Source: Octopus vulgaris
Lineage: Eukaryota
Direction of reading: 5' to 3'
Assembly (NCBI GenBank): GCA_951406725.2
Contig: OX597817.1
Coordinates: forward strand, 14,508,001 to 14,572,000
DNA length: 64,000 bases
Shown: positions 53,569 through 64,000 of the stretch, one piece after another
How positions within the stretch are numbered: the first letter of the stretch is position 1
Layout of the letters: every line of letters begins with the position of its first letter
Program-made: the position numbers and the translations under genes
The notes under the pieces: model-generated
The model's input: the letters and a program-made list of their open reading frames with translations, nothing else
What the model was told of the DNA's origin: nothing
Database searches by the model: none

Positions 53569-54008
53569 CATCATCATCATTTAAAGTCCGTTCTCCATGC
53601 TAGCATGGGTTGGACGGTTCGACCGGGGATCTGGGAAGCCAGAAGGCTGCACCAGGCTCCGGTCTTATCTGGCAATGATTCTACAGCTGGATGCCCTTCC
53701 TAACGCCAACCACTCCGTGAGTGTTGTGGGTGCTTTTTACGTGCCACCTGCACTGGTGCCAGGCGAGGCTGGCATCAGCCACGGTCGGATTGGTGCATTT
53801 TACGTGCCACCAGCACGGAAGCCAGTCGAGGCGGCACTGGCTTCGGCCACGATTCGGATGGTGCATTTTACGTGCCACTGACACGGAAGCCAGTCGAGGC
53901 GGCGCTGGCATCGGCCACGATTCGGATAGCGCTTTTTACGTATCTCCAGTCCAGGGATCCTGGCATCTGTCGGGTGCCAGTCATAGGATTGGTTCAATTT
54001 CGATTCCG
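53569..54008 (-). mobile_element. RTE 3' UTR fragment
   Basis: Family motifs and four subrepeats. Confidence 0.85.
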
Positions 54009-55309
54009 ATACCTTTGAATAAAAAGTTTACTCAGTCTAGAAGAGATACTTTAATCCTGACAGACAACCTCACTTGTGAAGGATGTATTATAATATAGAC
54101 CAAGTCAAGAAACTGTGCCAAAATCATGACAGTCACAAATAGAATGAAAAATTCCAACTTCATATACTTGACTAACACTTAAATACTTGCACAGCAGTGA
54201 GATGGATAGGCAGAAATAACCAGCCATTTGTGAAGACTCCCTTGAATATCTTTAAGATTCACATAAACTCTCTTCCAGATGCCAAAAATACAGGTAATGA
54301 GCACTGCAAAAAAAACAAAAAAAACCTTTCTTCTTCACATGTAGAAAACTTCAGGGCTACCAACATCAATGATGGATAGATCTTGAATGAAGTTTTGAGC
54401 AGAGACAAATAAATGTGTACTGAATAAAAGAGGTAATATTTAGGGGTAGCTCAGTGAGACTCCTCTTGACCATGCAACACAGATACATATACTTCAGGGT
54501 AGGTATTGGCACCAGTGTGGGGAGTAGGCATAATGTTGGTAGAGAAATGGATAAAGTAAGTAAAGTAGCAAGAGTATGGATGGTATAATTAAGTTTAGAC
54601 TAGTCGTAGGACAACACAATAGCAATAGTGATCTCTGAATATATACCACAACCAAGATTGGTAGATGAACAAAAGGAACATTTCTATGAGGCTCTCTTGC
54701 AGACTATCACAAGAACAAATGACAGTGACTTTGTTATCATAACTGATAACTTTAATGAACATGTTTGACAACACTATGATTGGCATATATGGTAGTAATA
54801 GGTATGGTATAAGAAATAAGGAAAGATTAAATTTCCTTGAGTTCTGTGATACAAATAATGAAACCATTTATGTGTCAAACTGCAAGAAAGCAGCCAGCCA
54901 CTTAATTACCAACTAACCAGGTGAACACACAAGCCAGATAGATGTGATACTTATTGTAAAATTGAACAGAGTCTTTCCTAGTGAAGAATGTACCATGCAA
55001 CATAAACTAGTGATTAGTAACAACAGATTAAGAGCTAAACGGATCCAGAAACACAAGACAATCTGAAGACAGAAAGTATGGAGGCTGAAAGAATTTTACT
55101 GAAAGTAGCATCAGACAGTTCTAGTTGAAGTGTATGTCATGGAGGAGACAGAGACATTTCCTCTCTATAACAAGGAGCTTCTATGAGACATCTTACTCAG
55201 AGTCACAGACCAGGTTTATTGTTGGAGCATGCCACAAGATCCCATAGTGGTAAAACTGTACAGTGGATAGAGCTATTAAAGCTAAGTGACAAGCTTGGTC
55301 AGGTTAGAA

Positions 55310-55542
55310 CAGTGGTTTTCAACCAGGGTTCCGCGGAAAGGTTCCGCGGAACCTTAGGGTTCCGCCAGTAAAGTGCAGGGGTTTCCGCAAGGAGTTACAA
55401 AACTGCTAAAATCGGCAGTAATTTTTAAGTCTCCTGTGCAGATATGTGTGCATAAGACTATTAAATTATTGCATAGGGGTTCCTCGAGCCAGTGGAATGT
55501 TTCTTTGGGGTTCCGCTCCAGCAAAAATGTTGAAAAGCACTG
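55310..55542. mobile_element. hAT (Charlie-like) MITE, 233 bp
   Basis: TIRs CAGTGGTTTTCAA / TTGAAAAGCACTG. Perfect 8-bp target-site duplication GGTTAGAA (55302-55309 and 55543-55550). Confidence 0.9.
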
Positions 55543-56894
55543 GGTTAGAAGAACGGGGGGGGGGGGGATGACAGCAAGCAGTAACAGATAACCAGAAGAG
55601 AAGCTAGATATTAGGTATACATGGCAAAGAAATAAGCTGGGAAAATAAGGGTTTGCCAATGCATTGTAATGAGAGGACCAGAAAAGATACTGTTGAGGGG
55701 AAAATGTGTGCAGGATTAGTGTGGCACATTTATCTTGAATAATGCCAAAAATAGGCTTGGAAATACTACTACAAGGTTTTTCTGAATGTAGAGAATGCAT
55801 AGGACAAAGAGGAACAACAAGTAGAACTAAAAGAAATACCATCTAATTATGTTAACAATTATATAATTGAAAATGTAATTAAGGATATTAAGACAGAGGA
55901 AATAATTGAATAATCAGAAGTGATTGTTGAGACACTGAACACATCCTGTTAAAAAGAGTTCAATCTACTCAGTTGTATATCAACCAGGGAGATTCCTAAA
56001 CAGTAACAGGTGGAGCATTCATCAAGTACTATAAAGGTAAATTGCCAACAACAGGTACCAAATTGATTGATCAAGTTATAAAAGTAGCAGGAGTTTTAGA
56101 ACAATTGGTCAGTGATAAAATTAGTTTTGATAAAATTTGGTTTTGGTTATACCAGGTCAGATTACCATTGATGTCCTTTTGCTAGTAAGACAATTGCAAA
56201 AGAGGTGCTCAGCTTAGAGCAAGCAACTATACCTAGCATTTGTCAACCTGGGAAAAGACCTTTGATAAAGTACCACATTCTGTTGTTTGGTAGTTGTTAA
56301 GAGAACTAAATGTAAGTGAATGGCTGTGAGCGCTATGCAGACCATGTACAGAGATGCCATCAACAAGATGAGAGTTAACATTGAGTCCAATGAAGAATTT
56401 TATGTGCAAGTAGACATCCATTGAGACTTGTTTCTTAGCTTCCACTTGTTTATTATATACAATAAAATCTCCATAAACTAGAAAATCCTGAACAAGTATT
56501 AATCTTACCAGAATTAGAATCTAAATGAAAGACAATTAATGCAATGGTAAAATACAGACAAAAAAAACACACCATAAACCAAGATAACAAAAAAAACTGT
56601 AAATAAGTTTAACTCTACAAGAACTGGAATTTCAATGAAGAACAACTTAGAACCACAAGAACACAAGATACGAAAGGTTCACAGTAAATAAACACATCAA
56701 ATGTACACATTCATTTTTGGCTGCCTAAAGGATGTCATTATAGATCTGACCTGGGCAGTACCATTCAATCTAGCAGTATCAACAGTATGAAAAACATGAA
56801 CATTGTTCACCAGGCCAAAATAAAAATAAAAAGCTTAAGAACATTTATCCTTCAGAGATTTTATATGTCAATTATCTAGTGCTCATAGCTGAAT

Positions 56895-57123
56895 CATCAT
56901 CAGCATCATTATCATTGTTTAACGTCCGCTTTCCATGCTAGCATGGGTTGGACGGTTCAACTGGGGTCTGGGAAGCCCAAAGGTTGCACCAAGCCAGTCA
57001 GATCTGGCGGTGTTTCTACAGCTGGATGCCCTTCCTAACGCCAACCACTCCGTGAGTGTAGTGGGTGCTTTTTATGTGCCACCGACACAGGTGCCAGACG
57101 AGGCTGGCGAACGGCCACGCTCA
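56895..57123 (-). mobile_element. RTE 3' UTR fragment
   Basis: Near-identical to the 3' part of 18760-19152. Confidence 0.85.
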
Positions 57124-57573
57124 GAATTTAAAAACAAACTTTTAATGTTGAAGCAAAGTTGAGAACTAAGAGGTTTCCAGGTAAATCTAAAACAATCTAA
57201 AACAATAAGTTTTAGATAGTAGAAAAAAAGACAGCATTGTACTTGCTATCTGGGGAGTGTCCATGCTCAATACAAATAAAATGAGCAAGCAGGAATGCTA
57301 TGTATCCAATGTGAATCCTAGATGTACAAGAGCATAGTGGAATCATTCGTAGAGTGAGAGAGGGAAGACTTCATATGTGGCAGACATGCAAGAGTAGTTA
57401 GCAGTAAGTACAACCAATGAAATATATTGTTCCAAATGTTTAGAAGATTCACTTTGATAGTTTCCATTAACTAGGTGACCTAATAAACAGCAGTCAGTTA
57501 ATTAGGTTCTCTGAAAGTATAGCAGCCAGAGTAAAAACAGGAGAGAGTTATTACCTCAGGTAGCAACAAGGAT

Positions 57574-57660
<87 letters not shown>

Positions 57661-57734
57661 TATCCTTTGAGAGAGAGAGAGAGAGAAGAGAGAGATCCTT
57701 TGTTGTGTATATGTATATATATATTATATATATA

Positions 57735-57930
57735 GTCGCCATGACAGATCTTTAGCCACTACACACATTTTTTTCTCTCCTTATTTTTTCTGTGTCCCTT
57801 TCTGTAGAAGAGTGTATGCTCGAAACGTAAAAGAATTTTTCTATTCCTGAGCGTTATACCAATACATCTGTTTGTTTTGTACACCACCTGTCTTTGTCTT
57901 TTGTTTATTTTCGTAAACTCTCCCTATATA
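57735..57930 (+). mobile_element. Short (TA)n-flanked Penelope-like repeat with a hammerhead-variant motif at 57798-57833
   Basis: CTTT-CTGTAGAA-GAGT GTAT GCTC-GAAA-CG-TA-AAAG. Confidence 0.6.
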
Positions 57931-58577
57931 CATATATCAAATGTCACTCTTTCGAATTTAAGGGTAGATTATATCATACTTGTGTACAAAGCATATTGCT
58001 TAACATTAAGTATTGAAGGCAAAGGCTAGACAGGATAGAGTTGAACATACTCTGCTGGATGCCTACATAATGTAAGTACACAGCCAGCATATTGGGTATA
58101 AGACAAATCAGATTTAGTATGCAAGAGAGGAGATTGTTGGTATGAATACATATTGATAGAGGTATTTTGGTAGAAAAGAGTCAGGTAATTCAAATGGGTG
58201 TGAGCCTTTAGAGAAGAGAACTGAAGAAGACAGAGGAAAGAAGTTGTGGAAGATAATTTCAAGACACTGAATTTTGTGAAGATGATGAGTGACCACAACT
58301 TGTGGCATGATGATAATGATAACAATAATGGTGATGACAACAGTGATAACAATAACAACAAGGACAATAATGGTGGCAATGTTAGTGCTAATGGCTGTAG
58401 CAGTTTGCCATTCCAAGTTCATTAGTGAAGTTTTATACTGAATTCCCAATTCCTTCATTGGGTGGTGCACCAGATTATGTCCACTTTCAAAGTATGACCA
58501 CATTTTACACTTAATTGTTCCCACTGTTTATCCAACCAAGTTTTAAAATATTCTAGATGCAGGCATGGAATAGGCAT

Positions 58578-59255
58578 GGACACAGGTGTGGCTGTATGGT
58601 TAAGTCCACTTCTCAACCACCTGGTTTTGGGCTCAGTTCCACTGCATGGCACCTTGGACAAGTGTCTTCTACTAAAGCCCAAGACTAACCAAAGCCTCCA
58701 GAGTTGATTTTGTAGATGGATAGAAGTATGAGGTGTGTATGTGCAGGAGTTCCTCCTTATCTTATAAACTAGTGTCACCATCATATAAGTGGTGTTCTTC
58801 ATTGCCAATCTTCCATGTGAACTTGTCTACCCTTGGAGAAATATTACATTTATTTCTTTATTGCTCACAAGGGGCTAAACATAGAGGGGACAAACAAGGA
58901 CAGACAAAGGGATTAAGTCAATTACATCGACCCCAGTGCGTAACTGGTACTTAATTTATCGACTCCGAAAGGATGAAAGGCAAAGTCGACCTCGGCAGAA
59001 TTTGAACTCAGAACATAATGGCAGACAAAATACCACTAAGCATTTTGCCCAGCATGCTAATGTTTCTACCAGCTTGTCACCTTCAATATTACATTTTATT
59101 ACATTATTACATTTATTACAAGAGATATTACATTTCTTGAAAACAAGAAAGAGCTGGTGACAGGAAGGGCATCAAGCCACTGAAAATTCACCATAGCAAA
59201 CTACATCTAACCCTTACAAGCCTGGCAAAGTGGTCATTATAATGATGTTGGTGAT
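58578..59255 (+). mobile_element. SINE C containing a nested antisense SINE B (58848-59085)
   Basis: The SINE C body resumes at about 59120. ATATTACATTT-like duplications flank the insert. Confidence 0.75.
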
Positions 59256-59269
59256 TAATGTTTTCAGCT

Positions 59270-61500
59270 GCTACCAGTTCTGTCAAATTATTCAACATTT
59301 TTCCTATTAGCCAAATATCTCTTAACCTTATTTCTGTTTAATGTTCTCCAATATGATAGTATTTCTGAGCCCTTTTGTTCTAGATTCACTTGAGTGTTCC
59401 CTTCTGAAATAAAACTGCATAAATCTTCTTCATAGAGTCCATTTACCATCTAGTATATTTCCAGCATTTTCACTCAGACTGTTCTTTCACAAGCTTGGGA
59501 ATTTGAGCTTTTTTTAACCCCTTTGTTTTCATTAGATTTTCCAAGCCAGGTTATTTGGTTAGTAGCCCTTCTTAGTATTGATGCTATTTTATCCATGAGT
59601 TCTTTGTTATAAGGAACTCAAACTAAAGTTTCGACTGGCTTCTGTGCCGGTGGCACATAAAAAGCACCATCTGAACGTGGCCGATACCAGCGCCGCCTTG
59701 GCTGGCTTCCGTGCCGGTGGCACGTTAAAAACACCAACCGATCGTGGCCGATGCCAGACTTCTCTAGCACCTGTGCCGGTGGCACGTAAAAAGCACCCAC
59801 TACACTCGCGGAGTGGTTGGCGTTAGGAAGGGCATCCAGCTGTAGAAACACTGCCAGATCAGACTGGAGCCTGGTGCAGCCTTCTGGCTTCCCAAACTCT
59901 GGTCGAACCGTCCAACCCATGCTAGCACGGAAAACGGACGTTAAGCGATAATGATTGTATCATACATTTAGAAAGTAGTTTAAGTATTACATTTACCATC
60001 ATATTTGTCTTCTTTTTCTACTATATGTTCTTTGCCTTTCAATTTTTTTTTTTTCTATTATAATACCTAAATCTATTCTTTCATTCACTTTCTGAATTAC
60101 AGTTTGGCACATTTGATATCTTTTTCCTCACAGATCTCTTTTCTTATATAAAGGTGTTTGCATTTATCTTGAAGGAAAAGTAACAACTCTGTATTACTCC
60201 AGTTTTCCATTTTCTGGAGATCTTAGTTTAGCATAGTCTTCCTATATAGTTGCAGTACATAAAATTTCAGCATCATCAAAAAAAGTATAGATGTGTGATA
60301 ACATTTTCTTGTAAATTCTTGACATATATTAGAAAATGAAACGAATCCCAGAACTGATCCTTGAAATATTTTCAATGTTACACTGTGCTCTGTTGATTTA
60401 CTCCCCTTCATTCTTACTTGTTACCTCTTGTCCCTGATGAAGTCTTCAATCCAGTTTTATATCTAAACATTTGTACTATATGCTTTTAACTCATTTGTAA
60501 GTCTCAAATATAGTACTTAACCAATTGTCTTTTGAAAAGTTAAGAAAATGCACCATTCCTTCATCATTTTCAACAACTACAATGCAGTTGACTTGCCAAA
60601 TTTTAAAAAATAATAATTTCTTTACTAACTTTCCAGTTAGTAAAATTTTAGTAAAATCAGTGTTAGGTTCTGTTGTGTGGACATCCCCAGATGATGAAGT
60701 AGGCTAGCCCAATACGTAGATATAGAAGGAGAAGTCTAGACATCGAGAGTTGAGTAGAGGTCATCGGAATGTGCGATACAACAGTGGCAATGAGGATTTC
60801 ATAGCTCACACAGCCACTGTGAAGTATTGCGATATAACAGGTTCACATCTCAGTAAGTTTTCTTCTTCCCTATAACATTAATCTTTGCATTTTTTTACGC
60901 CTGGAAACTGGTCCCGGACTATTGGCTGTTTGAGGCTTTGCAATATTCTTTGCCATGATGTTCAGAAATCTAGAATGTTCTGGTGACTTGTCTAGCAATA
61001 AATCTTTAATTTCCTCTAACCCTAATGTATTTCACAGCATGTCTAAATTTATCATCTCAGTAAAGAATATCATCTATATCCTCCTTATTATGCAAATTAT
61101 TCTTGTCTTCATAAAGATAACCTATATCACTATCAATTCTTGATATTGCTTTTATAAATCTTAATATTTCTTTGGATTTTCCTTTGATTTCTTTGATAAA
61201 TTTTTCTCAAATAACTTTCTTCACTTCTTTGTCACACATTATCTTGTATTGTGTTCTTTTTTATGGATTTCTTAAAGAGTTTCCACCCAATGCATGTCTC
61301 CTTTTCAAAAGTTCCCATAAGGTATTTGAATACCATATTCGTTTCTATCAATGAAGTTCACAGAATTGTTTTGTATATTTTCCACTTTCTATTTTCGGTA
61401 TAACCTCAGAGCATTTCTTCTAATTTATATTAAAATTTATATTAGAGCCATTAAGAACATCACTTCATTCTGCTCAAAAATCAGCCAGTTTTATGAGCTT
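59270..61500 (-). mobile_element. Very old CR1/L2-like LINE remnant
   Basis: IFQGSVLGFVSF resembles the GVPQGSVLGP RT motif at about 60330-60370. The minus strand is A-rich. Boundaries are uncertain. Confidence 0.45.
59632..59955 (+). mobile_element. RTE 3' UTR fragment
   Basis: Family motifs. Confidence 0.85.
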
Positions 61501-61513
61501 TGATACATTATGA

Positions 61514-61830
61514 AGTTAGTTAGTTAGTTAGTTAATTTTTTGGTTCAAAAGCAAAAAGCAAGGCCATGTAGGGGGACATGGAGTTAAGTACAGGGTGGTG
61601 TTCATGTAAAGAGTTCAGGCCACTTGAGGTCAAGGGAGACTTTGAACAAAGCGGTCGTTGGCATCTTCACCATCTCATCTGGCAGCTTGTTCCACGGATC
61701 TGCAACCCGGACGGAGAAAGCTCCTCTCCTTCGATTGAGATGAAATCGTCGCAAGTAGAGCTTTTTGGAATGACCCCGCAGTTTGCTGCTGTTTCCAGGT
61801 GGTCCTTGACAGTCAGTTTCATACATCATT
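61514..61830 (-). mobile_element. CR1-clade LINE 3' end with (TAAC)n tail
   Basis: KLRGHSKKLYLRRFHLNRRRGAFSVRVADPWNKLP...FKVSLD is the typical CR1 ORF2 C-terminus. Confidence 0.85.
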
Positions 61831-62166
61831 CAGTTTAATTTGTGAATATCATATCCAAGATGTAATCTTCAGTTTCTCTCCAAGTTGGTATATTGATGAA
61901 AGTTATGTTCCTTGCTGGCAACCCAAAAATAATATTTTCATGAGATTCAGGGATAATCATTTGTTATCATTTTCTATTATATAATTCTTGTGTAATTAAA
62001 ACCTTTGATAATTAGCAGCTTCATTATTCTTCATAATCTTTCATTTTTTTTTCCAATATCTTTTTTTTTGTCTTTTGATTCACTGCAGTTGACCTGTAAA
62101 TTAGGTGTGTCAACAAAATAAATCAGTATTTGAGAGATTAATTTTAATTGTATGTGTGTGCATTAC

Positions 62167-62572
62167 AGGCATGGCTGTGTGGTAAGAAGCTTGCTTCCCA
62201 TCCAGATGATTCCAGGTCCAGCCCTACTGCATAGTGCCTTGAACAAGGGTCTTCTACTATAGCCTAAGGTCAATCTGCAATGTCTGTGTGTGTGTAGTTA
62301 TATGTGAATGTGTATGTATATATGTGAACGTCTGTGTGTATGTTTATGTCTCCTTGTCTTGACATTGAATGATAGCTCTAAATGGGTATCACTGTCAAAG
62401 CAGTGTTGTTCATTTCTAATATTCTGCAAGAACATGTCCACCTATGATGAAATATTATCTTGCTTGGAAACAGGGAAGTGTTGGCAATGGGAAGAGCATC
62501 CAGCTGTAGAATATCTGCCCTAATAAACTCTTTCTAAGCATGGAAAAGTGGGCAATTAAAATGATGATAACA
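62167..62572 (+). mobile_element. SINE C, full length and old
   Basis: Family A-type head, (TG)n, then GGAAGAGCATCCAGCTGTAGAA...GCATGGAAAAGTGG..TTAAAATGATGAT. Confidence 0.75.
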
Positions 62573-62840
62573 TTATTCTTCTTCATTTGACCTCCACAAT
62601 ATTGTTGGAAAAGACTTCATAGCCTGCTGCTTCATTTATCAAAAATTCTGCTAAAACCACTTAAAATTTCATGTTCTTTGGTCTTGCTTTAGAAATACCA
62701 ATGACTTGTGGCTTGGAGTTTGTGGCTTCTAACCTTCAATTCATTCATCTTATTAGTAAATTGATCATTATTAAATCTTTTGATATCAACCTGCCTGAGA
62801 CCACTCCTTGTTTTATGACATAAACTTGTGTTAAAATGAT

Positions 62841-63068
62841 TTAACCCTTTAGTGTTTAAACCGGCCATATCTGGCCCAAATATTCTATATGTTTTATATT
62901 CAAACAGGCTAGATCTGGCCTCTCACACCTAACCTACATTGACATTCTAAAAATAAACAATCACATCATTGAAACCTCAAAGCTATAACATAATGCATGA
63001 TTAACTCAAAACAATTTGAGTGAGAAAGTATTACATTTAACAGAGTAATCTGAACACTAAAGGGTCAA
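62841..63068 (+). mobile_element. piggyBac-like MITE nested at a TTAA of an older MITE (about 62770-63212) related to 40107-40326
   Basis: TTAA|CCCTTTAGTGTT ... AACACTAAAGGG|TCAA. Confidence 0.7.
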
Positions 63069-64000
63069 ATTAAAACCTTCCATTGAAATTCCAAGTTAAT
63101 TCATGTCCCAAACACCAGCTTAGCTATTTTACTAAATTCTTCATTCTTTTCAAAATTAACTGAAGCAATGTTGGTGTATTTCAACAGAAATATGGCAACA
63201 GAAGTGTTAATATGCAAACATATAATTCTATTTTTCTGTTCAGATGTATTGCATGCCTTTTTTTTTATATATATATAATATTTCTTAACTATTTCCTTGA
63301 TTTTTATCATTCTCACTACCCTTCTTTCTTATGGTGATCCTCTCACTTTCAATTCTCCATTTTACCTGAATCTGTCAAATTCTTTGTTTTCTCCCCAACT
63401 GTATTCTGTTTTCTCTCTGTTTCTTGTTAAGATGATTTTGTATATTTATGCTTTTTAAAATATCCAGCTGATATGCTGGATGTTTTCTAACAGCCACAGT
63501 TTTATTTCTAATTTTGCAAAACTCACCTGTATAGATTTCTTTTAAATTAAATCATTAAATCTACCAAGTCACTTAATTACAAGTAAACCAAGTGTTACTC
63601 TACAAATTTCCAATATCTCCTCTCAAATTTTTGGTTCTATCATAATCAACTCTTTACTGCCAATTCCCTAGTTAAATACTTTCATACTAAAACAGTAATG
63701 TTGTTCTCATTTGCTTTCCTTTCATTCATTTCATCTAAGATTTTATACTGTATTATAGCCATTAAATATTGTGACTTCATTAAATCAGTTTGTCTGATTT
63801 GCATAATTAGTGCCAAAACTTTGAAATATATATTAAAGTACACCTTATACTGCCTATAAAAATACAGCTTAATGTATACTTCAAAGTATTAAACATATAG
63901 ATTCATAATTAAAAACATACTATTTAGTTAATATATAAACATTGTTAATTAATTAGAACTGTTAATGAGCATAAGAACAAAGAGAAAGGGGAAAAACTTT

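Larger units (their letters stand above)
54420..58320 (+). mobile_element. Long, heavily decayed RTE LINE (APE endonuclease to RT to C-terminus) with several nested inserts
   Basis: VISEYIPQPRLVDEQKEHFYE (APE); TIDVLLLVRQLQ..LYLAFVNL.K.FDKVP (RT); GRLYHTCVQS (C-terminal region). Confidence 0.75.

Noticed and set aside
60690-60855. Possible upstream RELCH exon (GC-richer island)
   Set aside because: There is no RELCH-like peptide or matching splice phase. It looks like a decayed LINE fragment.

Overview
AT-rich, repeat-dense animal DNA. The repeat content is consistent with an octopus/cephalopod genome (inference). None of the supplied long ORFs is a gene: they are microsatellite or transposon translations. 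One host gene is visible, the last three coding exons of RELCH (KIAA1468) on the minus strand (39906-40022, 38865-39018, 36396-36525). Two of these exons are joined by a minor-spliceosome (U12-type, GT-AG) intron. About 15 kb of transposon-poor sequence follows the stop codon and may be a very long 3' UTR. The rest is tRNA-derived SINEs (three families), RTE, RLE-type and CR1-type LINE remnants, Penelope-like fragments, DNA-transposon MITEs (Tc1/mariner, hAT, piggyBac-like, Helentron-like) and large simple repeats. The most notable hidden signal is six or seven hammerhead-ribozyme motifs in several unrelated short repeats. They include a 92-nt hammerhead with a long stem II, present twice in an interleaved inverted and permuted structure at 81-1208, and minimal motifs with a non-canonical 8-nt core that could only fold as dimers. 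Several local inverted duplications are also readable, including an inversion that splits a SINE.
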